A DNA stretch of 64,000 nucleotides from Mobula hypostoma (lineage: Eukaryota), in NCBI RefSeq assembly GCF_963921235.1, contig NC_086097.1, positions 209,376,001 through 209,440,000 on the forward strand. The letters run 5' to 3'. Below are positions 12,591 to 25,656 of the stretch, piece by piece; positions within the stretch are counted from its first letter, which is position 1; each line of letters starts with the position of its first letter. The notes under the pieces were generated by a model. It was not told the DNA's origin. It did not search any database and was given only the letters and a program-made list of their open reading frames with translations. Made by a program: the position numbers and the translations under genes.

Positions 12591-13698
12591 ACACATCTAT
12601 GTTAAATATGGAAGTTTCACGCCAGTTGGTAAACAATTCTTGATTGTTAGCAAAGTAACTAGATTAAAAAAGACAAATGACTGGAAATATACATAGAAAT
12701 AAAAATCAAGATAAAATAAATATAGATATACTGGAGGAGGCAATTGAATTTAACCAATTAAAAAAAATCCTGTGGGCATTTGATGAGAAAATTAATTAAT
12801 GTCCATTGCAAATAAACTCAATATTCAGCTTTTGAATTGGGGTCAGTTACTATAGATAGGCGAATTTGATTTCTTTTTTCTTTGATATAATCCAAAGTTA
12901 CATGCGTTGCCCACAGAAATGAGGGATTAAAAGGTAAGAAATGAGTCACAGGCATTGTATGAGGTAAAATAGAGTCCAGCTAGAGAAAGGCATCATGGAA
13001 AAACTGGCAAACAACAATCATCAAGCCTGGAGATATCACATTCATGTACATACATGTGCAAATCCCAAATTTGCTTGTGGGAAAATATTAGTAGTTACAG
13101 TGCCTCTAAAAATTATTCCCCGCCTCCGGAAGTTTTCATGTTTTATTGTTTTGCAATATTGAATCACAGTAGATTTAGTTTGGCTTTCTTGACACTGATC
13201 AACAGAAAAAGACTCTTTCATGTCAAAGCGAAAACAGATCTCTACAACGTGATCTAAATTAATTACAAATATAAAACACAAAATAATTGATTGCATAAGT
13301 ATTCAACCCCTTTAATAAGACACACCAAATCATCACTGGTGAAGCCAATCGGTTTTAGAAGTTACATAATCAGTTAACTGGAGATCTGTTTTTGGAGGCC
13401 TGTGTGCAGTCAAATTGATTGTAGTAAAAATACACCTGCATCTAGAAGGTCCAACTGCTGGTGAATTCGTATCGTGGCAAAAACTACGTGATGAAGACAA
13501 AAAAACACTCCAAGAAGCTCTGCAAAAAGGTTATTGGAAAGCATAAGTCAGGAGATGGATACAAGAAAATTTCCAAGTCACTGAATATCCCTTAGAGTAC
13601 AGTTGAATCAATCATCAAGAAATGGAAAGACAATGGCACAGCTGTAAATCTGCCTAGAGCAGGGCATGCTCAAAAACTGAGTGACCGCGCAAGAAAGG

Positions 13699-15555
13699 TG
13701 TGTTGTGTTCTGAAGGAAGTAGCTGTGGAGATTGCGGAGGCATTAGCGATGATCTTTCAAAAGTCGATAGATTCTGGCACGGTTCCGGAGGACTGGAAGA
13801 TTGCAAATGTCACTCAACCATTTAAGAAGGGGGCAAGGAAGCAAAAAGGAAATTATAGACCTGTTAGCTTGACATCGGTGGTTGTGAAGTTGTTGGAGTC
13901 GATTGTCAAGGATGAGGTTACGGAGTACCTGGAGGCATATGACAAGATAGGCAGAACTCAGCATGGTTTCCTTAAAGAAAAATCCTGCCTGACAAACCTA
14001 TTACAATTTTTTGAGGAAATTACAAGTAGACTAGACAAGGGAGATGCAGTGGATGTTGTATATTTAGATTTTCAGAAGGCCTTTGACAAGGTGCCACACA
14101 TGAGGCTACTTATAGATAGATAGATAGACATACTTTATTGATCCCGAGGGAAATTGGGTTTCATTACAGCTGCACCAACCAAGAATAGAGCATAAATATA
14201 GCAATACAAAACCACAAACAATCAAACAACAATATGCAAACTATGCCACATGGAAATAAGTCCAGGACCAGCCTATTGGCTCAGGGTGTCTGACCTTCCA
14301 CGGGAGGAGCTGCAAAGTTCGATGGCCACAGGCAGGAACAACCTCCCATGACGCCCAGTGTTGCATCTTGGTGGAACATGGCCGGAGTCCAACAGATAAG
14401 ATAACAGATAAGTCCAACAAGATAACAGCCCATTGAATTACGGGAAAATTACATACGTGGATAGAGCTTTGGCTGATTGGCGGGAAACAGAGAGTGAGAA
14501 TAAAGGGATCCTATTCTGGTTGGCTCCCGGTTACCAGTGGTGTTCCACAGGGATCCTTGTTGGGGCCGCTTCTTTTTACATTGTACATCAACGATTTGGA
14601 TTATGGAATAGATGGCTTTGTGGCTAAGTTTGCTGATGATACGAAGATAGGTGGAGGGGCCAGTAGTGCTGAGGAAACCGAGAGTCTGCAGAGAGATTTG
14701 GATAGATTCGAAGAATGGGCAAAGAAGTGGCAAATGAAATACAATGTTGGAAAGTGTATGGTTATGCAGTTTGGCAGAAAAAATAAACGGGCAGACTATT
14801 ATTTAAATGGGGAGAGAATTCAAAGTTCTGAGAAGCAATGGGACTTGGGAGTCCTCGTACAGGATACCCTTAAGGTTAACCTCCAGGTTGAGTCACTGCT
14901 GAAGAAGGCGAATGCAATGTTGGCATTCATTTCCCGAGGAATAGAGTATAGGAGCAGGGATGTGATGTTGAGGCTCTATAAGGTGCTGGTGAGACCTCAC
15001 TTGGAGTACTGTGGGCAGATTTGGGCTCCTTATTTAAGAAAGGATGTGCTGACGTTGGAGAGGGTACAGAGAAGATTCACTAGAATGATTCCAGGAATGA
15101 GAGGATTAACATATGAGAAACGTTTGTTGGCTCTTAGACTATATTCCTTGGAGTTTAGAAGAATGAGGGGGGACCTCATTGAAACATTTTGAATGTTGAA
15201 AGGCATGGACAGAGTGGATGTGGCAAAGTTGTTTCCCATGATGGGGGAGTCTAGTACGAGAGGGCATGACTTAAGGATTGAAGGGCACCCATTCAGAACA
15301 GAGATGCGAAGAAATTTTTTTAGCCAGAGGGTGGTGAATCTATGGAATTTGTTGCCACGGGCGGCAGTGGAGGCCAAGTCATTGAGTGTATTTAAGGCAG
15401 AGATTGATAGGTATCTGAGTAGCCAGGGCATCAAAGGTTATGGTGAGAAGGCGGGGGAGTGGGACTAAGTGGGAGAATGGATCAGCTCATGATAAAATGG
15501 TGGAGCAGACTCGATGGGCCGAATGGCTAGCTTCTGCTCCTTTGTCTTATAGTCT
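13699..15555 (+). mobile_element. 5'-truncated CR1 LINE nested in the Tc1 transposase
   Basis: ORFs 13698-14123, 14494-15192 and 15193-15468 carry [26 protein letters not shown] and KFADDTK. Tail TCTTATAGTCT. Confidence 0.95.
14113..14395 (-). mobile_element. Rex1-type 3' end nested in CR1
   Basis: The reverse complement matches 41185-41510 (GGGTCAGACACCCTGAGCC..GGCTGGTCCTGGACTTATTTC..GATCAATAAAGTATG). (TCTA)n tail. Confidence 0.85.
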
Positions 15556-18194
15556 AAGGGGACTAGTGAGGGAAGCCAGCAACAGATCTATGACAACTCT
15601 GGAGGAGATACAAACAAGTTTCAGTGGCTGAGATGAGAGAGGTGCGCATACAACATTTATTGCCCAGGATCTTCACCAGTCACAGCTTTATGGGAGAATG
15701 GCAAAGAGAAAGCCACTACTGAAAAAAACTCACATGAAATCTTGACTAGAGTTTTCCAGAAGGCATGTGGGAGACTTTGTAGTGAGCTAGCAGAAGGCCC
15801 TATAGTCTGATGAAACCAAAATTGAGCTTTTTAGCCATCAGATGAAATGCTATGTTTGACATAAGCCAAATACTGCGCTTCATCAAAAACACACCATCTC
15901 TACAGTGAAGCTTGGTGGTGGCTGCATCATACTGTGGGGATGCTTTACTGCAGCAGGCCCTGGAAGGCTTGTGAATATAAAGGGTAAAGTGAATGCAGCA
16001 AAATGCAAGAAAATCCTTGAGGAAAACCTGATGCAGTCTGCAAAAGAACTGCGACGTGGGAGAAGATTTGATTTCCAGCAAGACAATGACCCCAAGCATA
16101 AAGCCAATTTTACACAGGAATGGCTTAAAAACAGCAAAGTTAATGTCCTAGAGTGGCCAAGTTAGAGTCCAGACCGCAATCCAATTGAGAATTTGTAGCT
16201 GGACATGAAAAGGGCTGTTCCCTCGCAATCCCCATGCAATCTAACAGAGCTTGAGCGGTTTTGTAAAGAAGAATTGGCGGGGGGGGGGGGGTGGAATTAC
16301 ACTGTCCAGATGTGCAAAGCTGATAGAGACATTTTCACACAGACTCAAGGCTGCAATTGCTGCCAAAGGTACACCTACTAAATACTGACTTGAAGGGGTG
16401 AATACTTATGTGATTAATTATTTTGTGTTTTATATTGGTAATTAGTTTAGATCACTTTGTATAGACCTGTTGTTAGTTTGATGCGAATGAGTATTTTTCT
16501 GTTGATCAGAAAAAGCCAAATTAGATCCATTGTGATTCAATGTGTTATAAAACAATAAAACATGAAAACTTCCGGCGGGGGGGGGGGGTGATAATAGCTA
16601 CAGGCTGAACCTTAAAAAAGTGTCAATATGTTTTCTTGTTTATTATTATTATTGCATTTACAGAATATGCAAATTCTGGAGACCATTTTTTTTTATATTG
16701 ATAGATTACTTTATTCCTTGTCATTAAGAGAATGGAAGTATGAATGTACAACTGCACTTCAGAATTGCACAATTTATGATCAATGAAGGGAATTTGTGCC
16801 AATTTACTTATTTGTGCCACAAATAGAAGAAAAACAATATACCTGGGTGTGAAGGAAGTGCATCAGATTCACTACTCTCTTTTATTTTCCTAAAGCTGTC
16901 TACACCTGGATCATGTTAGTTCTATCCTGTGGCAGTTTGAATGCTCTTACTTTCAGTCCACAGTCTACTTGGGAGCTCTCCGTTTGATCAAAAGTGCTGT
17001 CTTCGAAACATTAAGCTATATTGTTTTCTGAAATAATGTTACCTACTGTTAATTGTAAATCCTGAAGGTTATAATGTAATCCAAGATCGTCAGAATTATA
17101 ATGCCAGCTTGTTCTGCTGAAGAATCTGTTGCTTTACATATGCATTTTAACACTACCCGTGATAACTCTGATAAATTGTCTATAACTGATATGATTCAAG
17201 AATGAAGTGAAAAACATTAGTTCCCTACTCAATATGATGTGCAATGCTTATTTTCCTAAGCTTGAATTGCTCCTCAGAAGTGTTTTGTTTTTGACATACT
17301 TTTTAAAATCACTTTCCACTATACTGTAGTAAGTATTTTTTTAATTATACTCTGGTTATACTCCAAAAATACCATTTTTCAAAAAAGGACAAAATATTCA
17401 ATACAATTTTTTCACCTAAAAATGTGAAAAGCTTTGAAAAGCTCACATATTTCACTGAGTACTTAAATCATTAAATTTGAAGAGAGAGTGGAAATGAAAG
17501 AATGGGAGAATGAAGACATAACTTTAAAAAATGAACATATGGCAGTGATATCTATCATAATCATTTCTAATATTTTTGCTCCTATCCATGTTATGTAATG
17601 ATCATATGAATCCTTAAGTATTTTTGAACCTTTAGTGTCTCTGGCTTTACATTATTCTTGCAAGAGCTTGTTTATATCCTTGTTGGGTCCAAAAGTGATG
17701 TTGTCACATTTACCTACAATGGAATACAATTATCATTTTTCATCATTTCATTTTTTTAATATCTCCTTGTAATTTAGTGTTTTAGTTATGTGACATAAAA
17801 TAACTGACTTTGTCCTCAGTAAATCTGGAATCATAGCTTCTTGTCACATCTTCTGGGTTTTTTTAATATAAAGGTGGTGAATAGACACCTCCTGTCTATT
17901 TGAGTACATATTTTCTGTCTATCGTAGCTCTCAAACTGCAGCTTGATGACTGAGCTTTGGTTGAGATTGGTTCTAGAATGCAGCTGTCAGAGCCCGAATA
18001 ACCTCTCATTTACTCTGAAGTGTAGGTTCATGCACAAAAAATTAGTTGGTTATAAGAAGCAAAATCAGAGCAAAAATTACTGACAAACATATGGGAGCAA
18101 TGATGTGATTTTGTTTTACACAAATCTTCAGTGAGAAGGCTAACTTCTACAATAGGGATTAACTCTTTGGACTAGAATGACATTTATATTTAAA

Positions 18195-21100
18195 GAGTAA
18201 AACTGCTGATATGGAAGAGTGGGAAACCATCAACAGCGACGATGAAAATTTTGGAGCAATTAAAAGGAACAGCAGAAAAGAAGATGGATGCAATGGGAGA
18301 CATCGTCTACTGTTACGGGAAGAGCGGTTTGGAGTCAGCACAAGGAAGGGTGGAAAGGCATCTCACCACCAATAAAGACCAGGAGGAAGCAGGAGATTGA
18401 GTGACTGGTTGGAGAAAGGAGACAGATAAGGTAACAGTGGAAGAAAGCCCCAGACAGTGAGAGGGAAGACCTCAACCAACTTCAAGTGGACGTCAAGATC
18501 CGGCTGACAAAATTGTGAAGAGCTGAGAATCTAAGAAAGTTGCGCAGAAAGAAAGAACAAACAAGAACGCAGTTCTACAAAGACCCTTTTAAGTTTATTA
18601 AAGGTGTCAAACCAGAAAAAAGTGGAACTTTGAAAACCTCAAAGCAGAAACTGGAAGAACACCTGGAAAAGATACATACTAGGCAGGAACATATGCTCAT
18701 TGCATCTGACATCCCGCCAATTCAGCCCCCCATCTACAACCTGGATTTTGACCCTCCAAAGCGGAGGGCAGTGGAGAAGGCAGTCCAATGGGCAAGAGCA
18801 TTATCTGCTCCCGAGCCTAATGGAGTATCATATAGGCTATATCAGAATGCACCAGACATCTTGCATTTTCTCTGGAGATTCATGAGAGTAGTATTGCAGA
18901 GGCGAATAATATCCAAAGTATGGGGAAAGGCTGGCACTGTCCTGATTCCAAAAAAGAAGGATGCAGAAAACACCAGTCAGTTTTGACCAATCTGCCTTCT
19001 GAATATCGAGGGGAAAATCTTCTTCACTGCAATTGCACAGTGGCTGGCCAGCTACCTGGAGAGAAACAAGTACATTGATGCAGATGTACAGAAAGCAGGA
19101 TTTACAGGGTTCTCCGAGTGTTTGGAACATACAAGCATGATATGGCACCAGTTCCAAGCAGCTAGCAAGAACAAAAGAAATCTCTGTGATCTTCTTGGAC
19201 TTTGCCAATGCATTTGGCTAAATTCGCCATACATTCCTCAGAGAAGCATTTGACTTCTTCCAGATACCACAGCCCATCACAATGCTAGTGAAGTTGTACT
19301 TCCAATACCTGGAAGTATGTTTCACAACTGCACATTTTACCACAACATGGCAGAGGCTGGAAGCAGGCATTTGACAGGTTGCACTGTATCACCCCTGGCC
19401 TTCACAATGGCCATGGAGGTCATTATTAGGACTTCAATATAGATGGTAGGTGGTGAAGGAACAAATACTGGACTTTGTCTTCCCCCTATCAGGGTGCACA
19501 TGGATGATACAACAACACTGACCACTACTGCATCATGCACCAAGTGACTACTTGGAAAGCTGCAGGAAAACATCAAGTGGGCCAGAATGAAAATCAAATC
19601 CAGCAAGTCACAAAGTATCTCCATAGTCAAGGGTATGCTGAAAGACATGAAATTCTTCATCATTGATGACCCAATTCCAACAGTGTCTGATCAGCCTGGG
19701 TAAATGGTACAATGCCAGCCCCACGGACAAAGAGCAGATGCAAGAACTAAAGCAACACATCACCAACAGCCTGGATAACATCGACAAAACCATGCTGCAA
19801 AGAAAATGAAGCTCTGCTGCTTACAGTTTGGACTCCTATGCCAGGTGATGTGGCCACTCACTGTCTATGAGGTCCCACTAACAACCATGAAGAAACTCGA
19901 GTGAACCATCACGTTGTTCGTAAAGAAGTGGCTCGGTATCCCAAAGTGTGTCAGTAACATCAGTCTCTATGGTAAAGGAGTCCTTGAACTACCTGTCACT
20001 GGCCTTATAGAGGAATACAATTGTTCTAAGGTGCATCTACAGATGACACCGGAAGACTCTCATGACAAGACCATTTGTAACACTGCACAGACTTTATCAA
20101 CTGGGCGGAAATGGACCACAACTGATTTGCAGCAAGCAACCGCAGCCCTTAGGCATAGAGACATTATGGGGCAACTCCAACAGGGCTGGGGAGGCTTTGG
20201 TCTGGCAGCAAGTGGACCCACCAAGCAGAAGGCAGAAACTTCCAGAGTGAAGGAAGATCATTGTCAAGGAAGTACGGAGACAAGAAGAGTCAGACAGAAG
20301 TGCAAAGGCCGTCTCCCTGGTTAAGCAGGGGCAATGGATGTGGTGGAAAACACTGAGAGGAGGAAAATCAGCTGGAAGGACATATGGGAGATGGAAGCAA
20401 ACAGACTTAGCTTTCTCATCAGAGCTACATATGATGTGCTTCCCTCACAAAAAAACCTCGTCCAGTGGTTTGGTGAGGACCCAATGTTCCCTGTGCCTGA
20501 TTCCAGCACTCTCAAGCATATCCTGGCAAGCTGCAAGACCAGACTCATAGAAGACAGATACATGTGGTGTCACAACCAGGTCTTGAAGAGTCTGGCAGCG
20601 GCAATCGAGACCAAAAGGACAGCAACCAACTCCTTGCCCCCTAGAATGACTAGTGCTCTGATACCAGCAGCATTTGTCTGGGAGGCAGTGAAAAGACTGA
20701 CTAATCTCCTCCCTAAGCCAAAACCAGCTCACATGTGCGTGCCCAGTGACTGGAAAATGCTGGTGGATGTCAATAAACAGCTCACCTTTCCACCAGAAAT
20801 TGCTATCACCAACCTTAGGCCAGACGTGGTTCACTGGTCCAATTCATTACAGATCGTCTACATCGTGGAACTCAATCCCGTGGGAGGATTCAGTGGCTGA
20901 AGCACATGAGAGCAAGAGGCTATGCTATGCAGGTCTATCAGCTGAAGCTCAGTGACAGGGCTGGAAAACCAAAGTTTGCCCTGTGGAATTGGGTTTGTTA
21001 CATACCTCAAGGAGATCTTGTGAGAATGATGTAATGGTCTTTTGGAGGTCACCTGATGTAATTCTCCTGCTGATGTGAGGTCACGTGATGACATGTTCAC

Positions 21101-22221
21101 CACGGGTATAAAAGGGAAGACCCATGGTGACGCAGTTAGTTTTCCAGCTAGAACGTTAGTCGAAGTCTCCGTTCCGTTGCGTATTTGCTTTATGACACAG
21201 TTTCATTTTTAAAACAGAGTTTTACGTTCTATTGTAAGGTACAATAGTGCTGGACTGGCAGTTTACCCATTTTTGCCAGATTTGTTGATGTACCTTTTCA
21301 GTAGTATTGGAGAGTGAAGATTTTATCGAAGTACAGGATCTGAAGGATTAAGAGAAGTTGGTATCGTTTCGCAGTTTAGCAAAGGATCGACCTTATTGAG
21401 TCTTCGTTGAAGAAGTAGCGACCTGCATCGAAGATAACTCTTGCTAATAGAGCAAGGTAGTTCATGCAGGATTTGCTTGCCAGAAGAAAGATCAGTTGTT
21501 TTTGAGCCGTTTGTTTCCTTCATCGTGAATCCTTTGGACAGAACCAGCAGGAAGGTCGCATCTATGAAGAAACCCTTCTCCAGAGAAGTCTCTCCCAATT
21601 GAATGTATAAATCTCTTGGACTTTCGAATTCACCATTTTAAGAACTGTGTTTGAATTTACCGCTTTAAGAACTGTTTTCACATTTATCGCTTTAAGAACC
21701 AGTACTGAGTGGCAGCTTGTTGAACAGCCGCATAGCGGTTAACTTCTGGTTTAGGTTTTCGTTTGTTTTTTATTGTTCATCAGTGTTTAATAAATGTTTG
21801 GTTGTTTTTATATAACCTGACTTGGTTGATATTCATTGTAGCCGGTTACGTAACAGGTTGTAGGGAATTTATAGCCACATCCACCATCAAATTGCTGGAG
21901 GAGCTAGGGATCCATGGTTAAAGTACACCGTCAGAGTCCCATCAGAGGTGGCAGAAAGAAGCAGTCAATGGCTATGCGTCAAGAGGAAAGATCTCTCGTG
22001 GGCTCCAAGGTAGCATCAGGAGAACAGGAGGACACATCAGGGGGAGGGTGGCTCTGGGACACCAGAAGTCATCGTTAAGCCCTCCAGAGATGAAGAGGGC
22101 TGATCAATGAAACATCAAGGAAGGAGGGTGGCCACTTGAAAACCCTTGTGTGTCAACCCTGTGCCACTCCCACATCGAGGGAGTCTCAATCATGTGCTCA
22201 TCCCACATTGACGTGAGGGAT
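18195..22221 (+). mobile_element. HERO-like non-LTR retrotransposon (RT plus restriction-like endonuclease), decayed and interrupted by a solo LTR
   Basis: QF.PICLLNIEGKIFF, GCTVSPLAFTMAMEVI, LPPIRVHMDD, KKWLGIP, FLIRATYDVLPS, TLKHILASC...HNQVL, LRPDVV...IVEL..PWED and PVELG|CREF. Stop at about 22012, followed by a 3' UTR. Confidence 0.85.
20996..21855 (+). mobile_element. Solo LTR (860 bp), probably Gypsy-type
   Basis: TGTTAC...GTAACA termini. 4-bp target duplication GGTT (20992-20995, 21856-21859). TATAAAA at 21107 and AATAAA at 21789. Removing it restores the HERO frame VELG-CREF. Confidence 0.9.
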
Positions 22222-22877
22222 ATTAACATCTTACCCTGCTTTTTTAATTTTTGTATCTTCAAAGCAGTATGAAAATAACTAAGCAAAATATGCAAAATGA
22301 ATATGGTAGTGGCATATCTAAAAAAAACAATACAAACAACATTAGAATCCTAGCAACCCTGTACCTTATACTCAACATCGAAAATATGAATAAATACATC
22401 TCATCTTAACTAAGAGATTTGGCACACATGTGTCTAACTTCCAAACACATGTAGGCTAGACCATGAAATGAGTTCTCCTTGCTCACGCTACATGAACGGA
22501 GATTAACACATTCACATTCGGTCACGTAGCAATAAAGAATGACAAATAAACTTATACAATATATTGCCTTGAGTTTGAATTACTAAAAAGACCAACCTAG
22601 TAGGCCGATTAAGGAACTTCGCAATCACACTGCCTAGTGCTGATCAATTTACTCGTGGAAACCTAAAGCATCCACCTGTAAAACACATCAAATTACTGAT
22701 ATTCTAGATTTACAAACAAGTATAAATGAATTTACATGGATATTATCAAATATATTCACCTTTCTTCACCAAACCTGGGAAAAGCATTCAAAAGCATTTC
22801 TAGAAAGTGGCAACTCCTCGTTCTACCCCACCCATGCAAAATGACATCACCGTTTTCTCTTAAAGACACAGGCAGCT

Positions 22878-25195
22878 ATTATGTCCAATGAAGTTACATT
22901 GCCTTTTCATGATCTCATACATTATTTCTCTTTTTGTGCTTGCTGTGTTCATGACATCCTCGTTAGATACTCGTTTCATCCATGATATTCTTTGCACCCT
23001 CCTCAAAAACAACATCTCTGCTGCTGCAATTCATTTCCTCGTGTTACTAGATATTGTCCAACATTCTGAACCATATAACATAACTGGATAAACATAACAT
23101 TTCAGTACTCTGAGGTGGGTTGTCATGCCTAGTTTAGTGTTGGTCAGTATATTCTTCATTCTCGTAAAGGTGTCTTTTGCCATCCCTATTCTTCTTTTGA
23201 TGTCTAAATCGCACCTGCCATCTGATGTCACCCAGCTTCCTAAGTAGCAAATGTTCTGTACTTGTTTTATATCTTCCCCGTTTATTCTCGGCCTGCAGAT
23301 AGTATTCTCCTTCTTTTTGAATATCACCATACATTCTGTCTTTTTGCAATGATAGATAGACCTATTTTTGCACTTTTTTCAACAACTATATCAACTCAGT
23401 TTTGTAGTTCTTCCTCCGTACTTGCAATTAACAAAGTTTCATCCACATATCTGAAATTATTGATGTTTTCACCGCCAACTTTGATTCCCAAGATATCTCT
23501 TATTTTTTGTAATATTGTTTCACTGTACACACTAAACAAATCGGGGAGAAAACACACCCTTGTCTAATGCCTCTCTAGATTTTCGTAAACTGACTCACTT
23601 CTCCATCTATTCTTACAGCAGCAGTTTGTTCCCAGTACAGATTTCTGATTAGACGGAGGTCTTTCGAATCTAGATCTAGAGTTTTCTGTAATATTTCGAA
23701 TAACTTATTGTGCTTCACTTTATCAAATGCCTTTGTATAGTTGATAAAACAAACAAACAAATCTTGTTGCACTTGAGTAGCTCGTTCTGATAATATCCTT
23801 AACATCAATATTGCGTTTCTTGTACCTTTGTCTTTCACAAAACCACATTGTTCTTTACCTATTTCAGCTTGTATCTTACTCTTAGCTCATCATCAAAATT
23901 CTTATAAGTATCTTGGTGATATGACTCATTAAACTTATGGTCCTATGTAATTCACATTCTATTGCTCCAGCTTTCTTAGGAAGAGTGATAAGTACTGAAT
24001 TTTTTATCTCTTCTGGTATTATTCCAGTCTCATAAATGTCATTGATTAAATCAGTAAGTTTTTCAATTCCATAATCTTCAAGGGCGATAATTTGTTCTAT
24101 TACTAATTCATTAGGACCTGCTGCCTTTCCTTTCTTCATCTTATTTATTGCATTACGAACTTCAGATTTTAAAATACTTGGACCTTCAGTGTTCTTCTTA
24201 ATTTCTGATTTTTCGCCTCGATCGTCTTTATACTTTATGCTTTATTGTCGCCAGACAATTGATACTAGAATGTACAATCATCACAGCGATATTTGATACT
24301 GTACTTTGCACTTCCTGGTGTGCAAATCGTTAGTAAATATTAAAAATTTAAATTATAAGTCATAAGTAGAAAATAGAAAAGGGAAAGTAAGGTAGTACAA
24401 AAAAACTGACAGGCAGGTCCGGATATTTGGAGGGTACGGCCCAGATCTGGGTCGGGATCCGTTCAGCAGTCTTATCACATTTGGAAAGAAGCTGGCCATA
24501 TGAGTCTTCAAGCTCCTGAGCCTTCTCACAGAGGGAAGAGGAATGAAAAATGTGTTGGCTGGGTGGGTCGTGTCCTTGATTATCCTGCCAGCACTGATCC
24601 GACAGCGTGCAGTGTAAAGTGAATCCAAGGACGGAAGGTTGGTTTGTGTGATGTGCTGGGCTGTGTTCATGATCTTCTGCAGCTGCCTCTGGTCTTGGAC
24701 AGGACAACTTCCTGTCTTCAAACAATTCCTGAATATACTCAGTCTATCTGTTCATAATCTCATCATTTTCCATGATAATGGTACCGTTCTTTGCTTTCAA
24801 ACATCCACCTGAAGAACAGAGGAGCTTTTTACCAGTGAGATTCTTGATTTGTTGATGTAACCTTTTTGGATCAGTAATAGGGATTCTTTCTAGTTGCTCA
24901 CATTCCTGGTTTAACCATTCTTCTTTGGCTTTTTGACATAAGCTTTTAACTTTTTTAATCTAAGGATTTATATTCTATAGGATTTTCTTTCTTCCGTCTC
25001 CTTTCTTCCATTAGATTTTTGATTTCATCTGTCATCCATTTATTCTTTGTGCTTTTTTCTTTTTTAGGAATCACTGGCTTTGCTGATTCTACCAAGGCAT
25101 CCTTCAGAGAGTTAAATTTCATTTCTACATGATTGCTATCATCTTCAACAGATTCTATTTCTAGACATTGAAATCTATTCATTACTTCAATTGTA
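22878..25195 (-). mobile_element. RTE-clade LINE, truncated at both ends and split by a Rex1 fragment
   Basis: KNKWMTDEI, KGKAAGPNEL, HRTISLMSHITKIL, GTRNAILMLRIL, CFINYTKAFDKV, YLGSWVTSDGRCDLDIKRRIGMAK and LYGSECWT. Confidence 0.9.
24229..24713 (-). mobile_element. Rex1-type 3' fragment nested in RTE
   Basis: QDQRQLQKIMNTAQHITQTNLPSLDSLY...IIKDTTHPA..F.PLPS. Target duplication GTCTT (24224-24228, 24714-24718). AATAAAGCATAAAGTATA tail. Confidence 0.85.
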
Positions 25196-25620
25196 TTTAA
25201 TGTATACACCCCGAATAATAAGGCCAACTATGCATTATTTCCTGTTTCATTGCTTTACTTTTTTGTGTGTCAATTTTGTTCTATCCTGGAAAAGCAAAAG
25301 ACTGAAGATGCTATATATCTGGGTAAAAAAGTGAAAATGCTAGAAATACACAAAATGTTGTGCACCATCTGCAGAAACAAAGTTAAGGTTTCAAGTTGAT
25401 GATACAGTATTATTGAAAAAAAAGGTTGTTGACCTGTTTCTCTCTCCACAGATGCTGCTTAACCTGCTGAGTTTTTCCAATAATTTCTGTTTTCTTTCTT
25501 GTACATCTATCCTTCATGAAATGTGTACTCAGCCATAAAGTACCTAATAATTATCAGGCAACATACATCAAAGTTGCTGGTGAACACAGCAGGCCAGGCA
25601 GCATCTGTAGGAAGAGGTGC

Positions 25621-25656
25621 AGTCGACGTTTCAGGCCGAGACCCTTCGTCAGGACT
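25621..25656 (-). ncRNA. Minimal type I hammerhead ribozyme motif
   Basis: The minus strand reads AGTC-CTGACGA-AGG GTCTCGG CCT-GAAA-CGTC-GACT. All core nucleotides are present, the cleavage triplet is GUC, and helix III is the palindrome ACGU. Confidence 0.8.

Larger units (their letters stand above)
13098..16595 (+). mobile_element. Tc1-family (Passport-like) DNA transposon with decayed transposase, split by a CR1 insertion
   Basis: Starts TA|CAGTGCC. Inverted repeats of about 210 bp (13098-13310 vs about 16395-16595, right tip eroded). ATG13491 gives MKTKKHSKKLCKKVIGKHKSGDGYKKISKSLNIP...NLPRAG. It resumes at about 15558 with LVREAS..MTTLEE, then SDETK, GGGCIILWGCF, FQQDNDPKH, EWPS.SPD.NPIENL, and stops at 16388. 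Confidence 0.95.

Noticed and set aside
14113..14130. (TAGA)n here and (TTAGA)n at 6489, 53568 and 54019 as telomeric or independent microsatellites
   Set aside because: They are the 3' tails of minus-strand retroposons, not TTAGGG arrays.
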